A stretch of DNA of 64,000 bases from Candidatus Latescibacterota bacterium (GTDB lineage Bacteria > Latescibacterota > UBA2968 > UBA8231): assembly GCA_965248265.1 (NCBI GenBank), contig CBDFJF010000002.1:1696001-1760000 (forward strand). Direction: 5' to 3'. The translations under genes and the position numbers were made by a program. How positions within the stretch are numbered: position 1 is the first letter of the stretch; the number at the start of each line of letters is the position of its first letter. Positions 1 to 9,179 of the stretch are shown here, one piece after another. The notes under the pieces are model-generated. The model did no database searches and was not told where the DNA came from. It saw only the letters and a list, made by a program, of their open reading frames with translations.

Positions 1-363
1 ATTGTAGACCGGCTGCCCGAGCGCCTTGCCGCAGATGTCCCACAACGCCATTTCGATGCCGGCAAACGATTGATTGGCGAAGCGGCGTTGGTTGGTCCAG
101 GCACCGCTGCGGTACATGTTCGCCAGCAGGTATTCGACCCGGAACGGATCCTCTCCCAGCAACAGGTGTTCGACCGAACGGATGGTGGCCTCGGAGGCAA
201 CTGCTGAACGGGTGCCCAGGGCTTCACCGTAACCGACGATGCCGTCGTCCGTGTGCACCTCGAGCAGAACCGTGTTGAAGCCCTCGGGGGCACCGATGGC
301 CCAGTGATAGCGGCCTCGTAAGGGTATGGCGAGCAGGCGGGTGTTGATCTTGGATATTTTCAT
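1..363 (-). CDS. Mandelate racemase/muconate-lactonizing enzyme family protein (N-terminal part; runs off window)
   Basis: Manual translation from ATG at 363: MKISKINTRLLAIPL...VLLEVHTDDGIVGYGEA...FAGIEMALWDICGKALGQPVYN, the typical enolase-superfamily N-terminal capping domain. Not in the ORF track because the stop lies outside the window. Confidence 0.88.
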   Translation of the reverse strand, partial: MKISKINTRLLAIPLRGRYHWAIGAPEGFNTVLLEVHTDDGIVGYGEALGTRSAVASEATIRSVEHLLLGEDPFRVEYLLANMYRSGAWTNQRRFANQSFAGIEMALWDICGKALGQPVYN

Positions 364-500
364 GGCGTCTGGAGTAAATAAAAGCCCTCGGGATAGCACT
401 CGCCAACGGAGCAACTGAACTGACCACAGCGGGATTTGAGCGCCGCTAGAGAATGGACGAACTTTGCCTGCGGACACACCCGCCAAACCGAGAGGCAGCC

Positions 501-1445
501 ATGATACCCGAAGACATTCTAGCTCATAAGCCGCTGGTGCTGACTCAAGAGCAACGCGAGTTCTATTTCCAAAACGGCTATCTGCTGGCCGAGCGCATCG
601 TTCCCGACGAATGGGTCGAGCGCCTGCTGCAGGTAACGGACGAAATGGTGGAGCGCTCGCGCGCCCTCGAAAAATCAGACGTCATCTTCGACCTGGAGCC
701 CGGCCACACGGCGGAGGAGCCGCGTCTGCGGCGGCTGACGAGTCCGGTCGAGCATCATCCGGTGTACTGGGAATTCGCCTCGAAGTCCGTCCTCGTCGAT
801 GTGGCGGCCGACCTGGTCGGTCCGGACGTCAAGTTTCATCACTCGAAGTTGAACTTCAAGTGGGCCAAGGGTGGAGAAGAGGTGAAATGGCACCAGGACA
901 TCGGCTACTGGCCGCACACCAACTACTCGCCCTGCACGATGGGTGTTTACTTGCACGACGTCGGTGACGACCAGGGCCCTCTGGGTGTTGTCCCGGGCAG
1001 CCACAACGGGGATCTGTACAACCAATACAATGATGACGGGCAATGGACCGGGTGTCTGAATGAAGTGGATTCACGGCGCTTCGATCCGGCGCAGGCCGCG
1101 TACCTGCCGGGACCGGCCGGTTCGGTCACCGTCCATCACTGCCGCGCCATCCACGGCTCCAGGCCGAACCATTCCGATGTGGGTCGGCCGCTGCTGCTGA
1201 ACATCTACTCGTCGGCCGATGCCTTTACCTACACGGCGAACCCGCTGCCGAGCCGCTACGAAGGGGCGATTGTGCGCGGCAAGCCGGCGCTGTGGGCCCA
1301 CCACGACGAACGCCCCTGCCTGGTGCCGCCTGACTGGTCTGGTGGGTACACCTCACTCTACGCCATGCAGCAGGGAGAGCAGTGGGACGAGGATCAGCTG
1401 GAAACGGTCGCTCAGCAGACGGCGAAGATCCGGCAGGAAGAGTGA
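501..1445 (+). CDS. Phytanoyl-CoA dioxygenase (PhyH) family Fe(II)/2-oxoglutarate dioxygenase
   Basis: LTQEQREFYFQNGYL start motif, WHQD (HxD), VVPGSH, distal IHGS and R. Start at 501 chosen for the upstream GAGAGG RBS. Confidence 0.9.
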   Translation: MIPEDILAHKPLVLTQEQREFYFQNGYLLAERIVPDEWVERLLQVTDEMVERSRALEKSDVIFDLEPGHTAEEPRLRRLTSPVEHHPVYWEFASKSVLVDVAADLVGPDVKFHHSKLNFKWAKGGEEVKWHQDIGYWPHTNYSPCTMGVYLHDVGDDQGPLGVVPGSHNGDLYNQYNDDGQWTGCLNEVDSRRFDPAQAAYLPGPAGSVTVHHCRAIHGSRPNHSDVGRPLLLNIYSSADAFTYTANPLPSRYEGAIVRGKPALWAHHDERPCLVPPDWSGGYTSLYAMQQGEQWDEDQLETVAQQTAKIRQEE

Positions 1446-1496
1446 GCTTTGGTACGTGATGTTCGTGCGGACGAGCGGTCGCAGCGGTAGAGGACG

Positions 1497-2510
1497 CTAC
1501 TGGTGCGATCGTTCGCGGCGACACAGGATGATCTCGCTGCTGTCACCAAGTTCAGCAGTAAAACGCAGCCGCCGGGGATGCACGACTTCAGCACAAACCG
1601 CTGCTCCATCCACCCACGCCTGAGGGTAGTTGCACCAATCCGTGGGCACATTCACCTCGAAGGTCAGCTCCTTGCGGGTGACTCGCTCAGGCAGGTTTTC
1701 GAAGGTGACGCGGTAGCGCTGCTGGGTTGCTGACTCCTCCACCGTATCGATCGCGGCGTGGCGCCGGCACAGATGGTAGAAGACGACTTCCTCCGGCGCT
1801 GCGCACCAGACTTCATCTCCACCCTCGGAAAGTATCGTCTCGAAGCGCTGCCGCAGCTGGGCCTCGGAGCAGTCTTTGTTGATGTGGATGGGCTCTTCGA
1901 TCGGGCAGTGGCAGTAGTCGATGATCCAGGCACCGGCGGCGCGGGCGCCGTCGATGTTGCGGAAACGGTCGTGCCGGCTGTAGAGCGGTTCGTGCATTTC
2001 ATGAACCAGGGGCGTGCGTTCGAGCCAGTAGTTCTCGGCTTCGGGCCGGTTGATGCCGTCACTGACGCTCATGGCAGCCAGGTAGCCGAGCTCGCGACAG
2101 GCGCGCAAGACATGGCCGCTCATGTTACGGTTGCTGTTGGGCGCACAGTACAGGGTTATCGGCGTCTCGATCGCCTGTTCTAACACGTCGCGGGCGACGC
2201 GAATTTCCTGATCGACCATCTCGGGTGTGATGAAGAGATGACTCCAGGAATGATTGCCCACCCCCCAGCCCCGGTCCAGCAGTTCCTTTAATTGATCCGC
2301 GCCCATGTGCATCATGCCGTGGTAGCTCGAGCCTTCGAGGTTGCGCGCCTCGCCGAGCTGGCCGACGAGGACCTCGACATGCCCGGGAATACCGAACTCC
2401 TCGTGATACGGTATGACGAATCGCTCGAGATCGACGAGGGCCTCGTCGTAGGTAATGGAGTAGACCCAGCGTTTGCCGTGTTTCCAATTAGAGATACTGA
2501 TTGACGACAT
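1497..2510 (-). CDS. Polysaccharide deacetylase (NodB/CE4-like) family protein
   Basis: YSITYDEA (motif-1 variant) and GNHSWSH metal motif; paralogue of the adjacent gene. Confidence 0.8.
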   Translation of the reverse strand: MSSISISNWKHGKRWVYSITYDEALVDLERFVIPYHEEFGIPGHVEVLVGQLGEARNLEGSSYHGMMHMGADQLKELLDRGWGVGNHSWSHLFITPEMVDQEIRVARDVLEQAIETPITLYCAPNSNRNMSGHVLRACRELGYLAAMSVSDGINRPEAENYWLERTPLVHEMHEPLYSRHDRFRNIDGARAAGAWIIDYCHCPIEEPIHINKDCSEAQLRQRFETILSEGGDEVWCAAPEEVVFYHLCRRHAAIDTVEESATQQRYRVTFENLPERVTRKELTFEVNVPTDWCNYPQAWVDGAAVCAEVVHPRRLRFTAELGDSSEIILCRRERSHQ

Positions 2511-2513
2511 GGC

Positions 2514-3506
2514 TTATTGGCCCCCGAAGCTCAGGTCGACGCCGTCACCGATATCGACGGTGGCGCGCAACACGCGGGGTCGCACCAGGGTGGCTGGGCG
2601 CGGTTCGCCGTTGACGAATACACGCGGGAACCGGCAGCTGGCGGCAGGCACGTCGGCCTCGAAGGTCAATTCGCGGCAGGCGACACGCTCCGGCATGGGA
2701 CCGAGGGTGACGCGATAGCTGCTGCCGTCATCCGTATCTGATGTCTCGATCGTAGCATGGCTCCGGCACCAGTGGTAGTACATGACCTCTTCCGGCAGGG
2801 CACACCAGACTTCGTCGCCACCCTCGCTCAAAATCGTCTCCAGGCGCGAGCGCAGCTGCACGTGGTTGCAGTCCTTGTTGGCGTGCATGGCCACTTCGAG
2901 CGGGCAGTGCAGGTAGTCGATGATCCAGCCCTTGCGGTCGCGGGCGGCGCGGATGTTGCGATAGGGATCGTAGACGTTGAAGAACGGTGGGCCAAAGTTG
3001 TCGTGCAGCGCCGTGCGCAACAGGTAGAAGGGGTCGAGAGAGGGATCGTTGACGCCATCCGTAATGCTCATGCCGGCCAGGAATCCGTGCTCGCGCAGGG
3101 CGGCGGCGACGTAGTCGGACAGGTTTTCATTGCCGTTGGGCGCGACGTAGAGAGGCACCGGCGCACCGATGGCTTCTTCGAGCACATCGCGGGCCACGCG
3201 GATCTCCCGATCTACCATCTCGGGCTTGATCCAATGGTGCGTCCAGGCGTGGCTGCCGACGCCCCAGCCTCGCGCCATCATCTCCTTGAGCTCGTCGGCG
3301 TTCATGTGGCGGAAGCCATTGAAGGTCGAGGTGCCGATGTTGCGGATCTCGCCGATCTGGCCCACTACAACTTCCAGGTGACCCGGGATCCCGAGGTCTT
3401 CATGATGTGGCACGGTGAAGCGGTGAAGGTCCGCCAGGGCCTCGTCGTAGGTGATGGAGTACACCCAGCGTTTGTCGTGCTTCCAGTCGCAGACGCGAAG
3501 TGCCAT
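2514..3506 (-). CDS. Polysaccharide deacetylase (NodB/CE4-like) family protein
   Basis: YSITYDEA and GSHAWTH motifs; collinear with 1497-2510 over the full length. Confidence 0.8.
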   Translation of the reverse strand: MALRVCDWKHDKRWVYSITYDEALADLHRFTVPHHEDLGIPGHLEVVVGQIGEIRNIGTSTFNGFRHMNADELKEMMARGWGVGSHAWTHHWIKPEMVDREIRVARDVLEEAIGAPVPLYVAPNGNENLSDYVAAALREHGFLAGMSITDGVNDPSLDPFYLLRTALHDNFGPPFFNVYDPYRNIRAARDRKGWIIDYLHCPLEVAMHANKDCNHVQLRSRLETILSEGGDEVWCALPEEVMYYHWCRSHATIETSDTDDGSSYRVTLGPMPERVACRELTFEADVPAASCRFPRVFVNGEPRPATLVRPRVLRATVDIGDGVDLSFGGQ

Positions 3507-5125
3507 CAGGAACCGACTCCTGCGGCGTGTCGCTTGGCCGCCGGGTCACCGGCAGCGGAAATCACGCCAGTATCGCCATCGACATGCAGTATGACGGGGG
3601 TGGCCAGTGGTCCCTCCACGACCTCGACCTGATGACCGCGACCTGCCAGATCATCCCGGATCCCTATGTCAACATTGTCGTTGAGTATCATCGAGCCGGG
3701 GGTGCCGAAGGTTTCCTGCCGGTTGGCGTTGGGGTCGAAGGAGTCCTCGTGGTGCGTGGTGGCGAAACGCGGCGCCGTCACCGCTTCTTCCGGCATCATG
3801 CCGAAGTCGATGTGGTCCACGAGCAGGTTGAGGGCCGCCTGGTCCTGGCCATCGCCCCCGGCCACACTGATGGCGAGAACCGGCCGATCGTCTTTGAGGA
3901 CCAGCGTCGGTGTCAGGGTGATGCGCGGCCTCTTGCCGGCCTGGATGCAGTTGGGGTGTCCGGGCGTGGTGTTGAGGCTGCGCAGACGATTGCCGTAGGT
4001 GACGCCCGCCCGACCGCCGCCGCCGCGGACATTGGCGCTGGGTGTGGCCGAGACCACGTTGCCCCAGCGGTCGGCGACGGCGCAGGTCGTGGTCCCGCCG
4101 ACGCCCGGCCGGAAAACGGCTTCTCCCTCGAGCAGCGCGCTCATCGTATTCGGGTCACCGGGTCTCGATTCCAACGAGGCCTCGGCCATGTCGATGAGGG
4201 GCCGGCGGATCTCGGTGTAGGTATCCGACAGCAGAGCTTCCATGGGTACGTCCACGAAGTCGGGGTCGCCGTAATAGGTGTCGCGGTCCGCCATGGCCAG
4301 CTTGAGCGCCTCGGTCAGCACGTGAAAGTAGTCCGCCGAGAACTGGGTCAATCCATTCAGGTCGAAGCCCGCTATCAGACGAAGAGCCTGGCATAGGTAG
4401 GGTCCCTGGGTCCAGGGGCCGCATTTATACACACGGTAGCCGCGGTAGTTGACGGAGACCGGGTCTTCGATCAGCGTCTCGTGAGCGGCGAGGTCGGCCC
4501 GGCGCAGGAAACCACCCTGCTCGATCCAGAAGGCTTCGATCTCATCGGCGATATCGCCAATCGCACTGGCCCGCCCGTAAAATCGATCGCTGGCGGCCTG
4601 CAGTTTATCCTCGCGGCTGCCCGTGGCCTGCTGCTCCGACTCGACCATGCGACGCAGCGTTTTCGCCAGGTTGGGTTGCCATTCCTCCCCACCCTCGTCC
4701 AGCAGTACCAGCGTCGCCTCAACGACCTCTTCGAAATTCCTGGTTCCGTAGCGTTGCAGCAGGGTGGTGACCAGATCCACGACAGATGGCACAGGGGCCA
4801 TCTTGATGTCGGGCGGGCCGGGAATGCCATTCGCCATGTACCATTCGATGGCCTGCTGCGAGCGGGGCGCTCGTCCCATGCCGCTGAGCGACTTCACTTC
4901 CTGTTTATTGGAGTCGTAGATGAGCACCGGTACCTCGCCGCCGATGCAGCAGGGTCCGTGATCGGTGACCTGAAGGGCGAGAATGGTGGCCGCGGCCGAG
5001 TCGGCGGCATTGCCGCCTCGCTCCAGGATGTCAATCCCCGCCTCCACCGCTCGCGCACCCCCCGCAGCCACGGCGCCGGTCTTGCTGGCGGCCTTCCATC
5101 CGATCTGTGTGTCTGAGTCAGGCAT
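3506..5125 (-). CDS. ggt: Gamma-glutamyltransferase family (Ntn-hydrolase)
   Basis: GGNAADSA N-terminal motif, GGTTTCAVADRWGN (Thr nucleophile), PGKRP-like QAGKRP, AGGDGQ oxyanion hole. Confidence 0.9.
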   Translation of the reverse strand: MPDSDTQIGWKAASKTGAVAAGGARAVEAGIDILERGGNAADSAAATILALQVTDHGPCCIGGEVPVLIYDSNKQEVKSLSGMGRAPRSQQAIEWYMANGIPGPPDIKMAPVPSVVDLVTTLLQRYGTRNFEEVVEATLVLLDEGGEEWQPNLAKTLRRMVESEQQATGSREDKLQAASDRFYGRASAIGDIADEIEAFWIEQGGFLRRADLAAHETLIEDPVSVNYRGYRVYKCGPWTQGPYLCQALRLIAGFDLNGLTQFSADYFHVLTEALKLAMADRDTYYGDPDFVDVPMEALLSDTYTEIRRPLIDMAEASLESRPGDPNTMSALLEGEAVFRPGVGGTTTCAVADRWGNVVSATPSANVRGGGGRAGVTYGNRLRSLNTTPGHPNCIQAGKRPRITLTPTLVLKDDRPVLAISVAGGDGQDQAALNLLVDHIDFGMMPEEAVTAPRFATTHHEDSFDPNANRQETFGTPGSMILNDNVDIGIRDDLAGRGHQVEVVEGPLATPVILHVDGDTGVISAAGDPAAKRHAAGVGS

Positions 5126-5460
5126 TAATCGTCGCAGTCCTAGGCGTGCAAGCGTTACGCCTCGACCCCGCGACCGCCTCCTGGAAGTCAGCCCACGTGG
5201 TGCTGTCGCCGACGGCGGTTTCGAAGCGGAAGATGCCGTAGCGCGTGGCCAGTTTCTCCTTGAAGGTATCCGGGCTTTCCACCCCGCAGGTCGCGTCTCG
5301 CATCAGGATGCAGCGATAGCCGGCGGTCACCATCGGGCGTCCTCCACCCTCGGAGGTGAGAATGCACATGTCGGTCGCGAACCCGGTGTAGATGATCGTG
5401 CTCACGCCACGCGCCTGAAGGTACTCATCGAGTCGAGCGGTGGTCGGGAAGTCAGCAATG
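5118..5460 (-). pseudogene. Isochorismatase/cysteine-hydrolase family protein, C-terminal half only
   Basis: LDEYLQARGVSTIIYTGFATDMC...LMRDAT is the isochorismatase Cys motif. Upstream of about 5460 the frame reads as the antisense of the opposite gene and no credible N-terminus exists. Confidence 0.65.
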
Positions 5461-7001
5461 AGCGCCTCGATCAGCATCGCCTCGAGGTGCGGGAGCACGG
5501 CTACGTCTATTCGGTCAGGACCATCAAGGAGGCCGTGACGGCGATACGCGACGTGCCGATCGTCTTCAATCTCACTCTCGAAGAGCGGGAAATGCTCCCG
5601 GTGATGGGGGTGAGCGAAGGTGCCTTGGTTGCGGAAGCCCACAGGGGTCAGAGCTCATTCATGCGGGTGCTGAGTTTTGTAAAGACGGGCGCGGCTTTTA
5701 ATGCAGCCCAGTGGGCGTACTCGCCGCCGGGGAATTTTAATGACTTCGTCACCTATGACAACCTGGACACCAAGCTGTTCGGCACGATGCAGTTGGCTCA
5801 CGGCGCCACGCCCATAGTCGAGACCATGCACTCCTACCTGCACGACGACACTGGCGTTTCGGCGGTGCGGGACCTGTTCGGGTTGATGCAGGCGAACGAG
5901 GAGCTGTACTACGAGTACGAATCCGTCCGCGACATCGCGCTCTTGTACTCGGCTCAGTCGATGACAGGCGATCACGAATACCAGGAACATTACCTGGGCG
6001 CATTCCGGGCGCTGACGCACGATCACCAGCAGTTCAGCGTCATCCTCGATCACGACTTGACGATCGAGAAACTGGCCCGTTACAAGGTCCTTTTCCTGTC
6101 GCAGGCAGTCTGCCTGAGTCAGGCGCAAATGGCTGCCATTGCGGAATATGTGCGGCAGGGCGGCGGACTGGTGGCGACCGGGCAGACTTCCCTGCGCGAT
6201 GAGGAGGGAGAGGAAAGGGCCAACTTCGGGCTTGCCGATCTGTTCGGCGCCGATTTTTGCAGCATGATTCATCTCGAATGGGAACATGCCTATGGTCCAC
6301 GGATATACGCGCGAGTCACCGGCGAGGGGGGGATCATTTCGAGTCCGGCTGCAGGCAGGCTGATCGCCCACGACTACACCTTTGCCTTCTCGGAGGCCCA
6401 CCACGCCGAAGGGGTGCTGTATTCAGTGCCCGCGATCGAAAGTCGCCCTGAGGCGAAGGTGGTAGTAGACAGCGTGTGCGTCGACGAAGATCCGGCATGG
6501 ACGGCCCCCGACGTGTGCTTCATGCCGCCTTGCAACTTGAGGACAGCTGGGCCGGCCGCGACGGCGAAGAACCACGGAACGGGGAGGGTCGTCTACATGG
6601 CGCATTCGTTCGACAAGCTCTACGGGGCTCGCGGTTTCGCCGATGCACGGCAGTTGATCAACAGCGCCGTTGACTGGGTGTCCGGGAGGAAAGCAAGACC
6701 TTTTCGAGTCGACGGACCCACCGGATTGCTCTGCAATTTGACTGAAACGGATTGCAGACGGGCTCTCCATTTAGTCAACTACACCGGGAACATCAACGAG
6801 CACTCCGTGTACAAGGTCGATTGGGTGGCGCCGCTTGTTGATATTCCCGTCAGAATTGAACAACCGCAGGGCAGGAAGCTGACCAGCGCTTCTCTGCTGT
6901 CCTCGGGAGCGGCTGTACCCTGGCAGGAAGAGGGGGACGTCGGGGTAATGAACCTATCCGTCCTGGACGGCTACGAATGCCTGTTGCTCGCCTATGAATG
7001 A
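5455..7001 (+). pseudogene. GH42/GHL6-like glycoside hydrolase with beta-galactosidase trimerisation (GATase-like) domain, 5'-truncated
   Basis: LARYKVLFLSQAVCLS...YVRQGGGLVATGQTSLRDEEG...FGLADLFG, G.GRVVY and LHLVNY are typical of the trimerisation and C-terminal domains. The catalytic barrel N-terminus is missing; the first ~155 aa of ORF 4983-7001 are antisense shadow. Confidence 0.65.
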
Positions 7002-7103
7002 GCAACCCCGGGAGAAAACCGCGGCGAGCTCGCAATCATCTCTATTTAGGTGACGTCGATTCCCAGACCGGGCTGTTCGTCACGTGCTCTCGGCATGCGG
7101 CTA

Positions 7104-8930
7104 TCAAGGCGCTAACCTCCGGATTCGTGCCCCATATCGACTCCGCAGGCGTTTCGCCAAGTTAGGGTAAAAGCGCGCGGCAACAGCCAGCACCCTGGCG
7201 GCATCGCGCCGGTCGCCTCCCTCAAGATAGAGGTCGATGAGCTCCTCATAGCGGCCATAGTACTGAAAGGCAATCGGGTCGGCTTGGAGGCCGCTCTCGT
7301 AGGCTTTCAGTGCGCCAACTCTGTCGCCCTGCACGCGACGCATGCGCGCCAGGCTTATCCAGGCAATAACTCGATCGGGCAAGGCTTCGGTCACCCGTTC
7401 GAAAATCCGGCTGGCACCCGCGGCGTCCCGCTGCATCCCCAGGATCGAACCCAGGTTGAACAACGCCTCCCAATAGGTTGAATCCTGTGCGACGGCGCGC
7501 TCGTACGCCGGGCGTGCCTGCTTCAGGTCCCGATTTCTACTGTGTGCCGTGCCGATATTGAAGTGAATGAGTGGGTCGCCGGCCATGTCCATCCGGGTGA
7601 CGCCGTGGTTGGAGAGTGTTATCAGCAAGGCCAGTACGCCCACGTGCAGTGCGGCAGTTGGCCGGGGTTCGCTCCGCACTGCCTGGATGACACTGTATCC
7701 GCCGTAGGCGGCGTAGACCAGCAGCATTGGAATCAGTGGCACGCGGTAGCGCGCCATGATGAAGAAGGCTACAACTGAGAGGGCATAGACCATGGTGAAG
7801 GTGACGGGCAATGATATTCCCCGTTGCCGAACCGCCACGATCAATCCCAACACAGCTAACGGGCCGACCAGACCGAAGGGGAAGGCGACAAAATTCTTCC
7901 ATAGAGTAGTGGCGAGGATGGGCGAGTAGTTGCGCCAGAAGTAGATGTCCTGGTTGCGCCCGATCTCTTCCCCGTGCCAGAACAGGAATGCCTTGCGGGC
8001 AAGCAGCCTGGCGTAATCCAACGGTTGGGCGCGGATGTACTCCCAGGATTCCTGCATGAAAAAGTCTGATGCTGCCGACGGACGTTGGAGGTGTGCTTCC
8101 AGCCGCGGGCGTGCGAGCAGATCGTCCCATTCCCAACCGGGACGAATGTTCACGGCCTCGTCGTAGTCGGAATTATTGCCCACCCAAAAATTAATGCCTG
8201 CATTGGATGAAATGAGGACGCCGTCGCCGCCGATGAACACGTTGCGCAGGGTTACGGGCGTGATCACGAGAGCCACGCCAAAGAGAAAGGCCAGAGGCCA
8301 ACGGATTCGTTGAGCCAGAGTATACTGCCAGCGCGTGTCGAGCCAGACGAACGCCGCTGCAGCCAACACGAAGGTGAGGACCGTGGCGACGGTCAACGCC
8401 GACAGGCCGAACACGACTCCGGCCAGGGCGTATCTCGTAGCTGAGGGTTTGTCCTGGCAGCGCAATAACAAGACCAACCCAGCGAGATTTAGAAAGGTAG
8501 CCAGGGTAGCTGGCAGGAATTCGCCATCGAAGAAGATCAGCGGTCCATACAGCGTTCCGGCCATGGCAGCCACCGCGGCAATCATGGGTGTATGACGGAA
8601 CAACCGCCGACCGACGAACCAGATCAGGACGCAGGTAAGAGAGCCGATGACAATCTGAAAAAAACGCAGACTGTAGAAGACTTCGTCCGCGAACAGAACC
8701 CGGTGCAGGCCGAGCAGGTAAGAGTAGAGGGGTGGTTGCCAGAACGGGGGCTCGCCGACTCCAAACCAGTTGCCGTCAGCCAGTTTCGCAGCATGCTGCA
8801 GGTAGGTCAGTCCATCCACGGGTGGATGGTTGAACAGGGGACTGCCGTCGATCTGAAAGATGTAGAGTATGCGGACACCAAGTGCGAGGAGGAAGATCAT
8901 CCACGGGATGGTGCGCCTATGACGACTCAT
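7104..8930 (-). CDS. GT-C (PMT/ArnT-like, family 39-type) membrane glycosyltransferase with C-terminal TPRs
   Basis: Many TM helices, D..TY and FWQPPLYSY motifs, SSNAGINFW.GN, RYRVP, then TPR helices. Confidence 0.82.
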   Translation of the reverse strand: MSRHRRTIPWMIFLLALGVRILYIFQIDGSPLFNHPPVDGLTYLQHAAKLADGNWFGVGEPPFWQPPLYSYLLGLHRVLFADEVFYSLRFFQIVIGSLTCVLIWFVGRRLFRHTPMIAAVAAMAGTLYGPLIFFDGEFLPATLATFLNLAGLVLLLRCQDKPSATRYALAGVVFGLSALTVATVLTFVLAAAAFVWLDTRWQYTLAQRIRWPLAFLFGVALVITPVTLRNVFIGGDGVLISSNAGINFWVGNNSDYDEAVNIRPGWEWDDLLARPRLEAHLQRPSAASDFFMQESWEYIRAQPLDYARLLARKAFLFWHGEEIGRNQDIYFWRNYSPILATTLWKNFVAFPFGLVGPLAVLGLIVAVRQRGISLPVTFTMVYALSVVAFFIMARYRVPLIPMLLVYAAYGGYSVIQAVRSEPRPTAALHVGVLALLITLSNHGVTRMDMAGDPLIHFNIGTAHSRNRDLKQARPAYERAVAQDSTYWEALFNLGSILGMQRDAAGASRIFERVTEALPDRVIAWISLARMRRVQGDRVGALKAYESGLQADPIAFQYYGRYEELIDLYLEGGDRRDAARVLAVAARFYPNLAKRLRSRYGARIRRLAP

Positions 8931-9179
8931 GATTGCTTTGCTTTCATATTACATACACCACAGTCTCCCCGCTTCGCTACGATCGCGTGCTTTCATCCTA
9001 CACACAAAAACACCCAGTCATTTCAGCTCCCTTTCCGGCAGGCAAATGTAGGGAGAATGGGCGCTACCAGTAGAATCTGCCTAGCCATCCAGCCGAGCGA
9101 ACCACAACGTCAGGCATCCATTTCTAGTCGAGATGGCGAGTGGGTTTGCCCCAGGCGATCGCAGGAGTAGTTTTCGACC

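Noticed and set aside
2757-5116. Long plus-strand ORFs 2757-3632, 3500-4396 and 4481-5116 (and similar ones such as 37129-38256, 48157-49236)
   Set aside because: Antisense shadows of well-supported genes, expected from high-GC codon bias.
4983-5454. N-terminal ~155 aa of the 672-aa ORF 4983-7001
   Set aside because: It is the antisense shadow of ggt and the isochorismatase fragment; low-complexity Ala/Pro/Arg sequence with no family signal.
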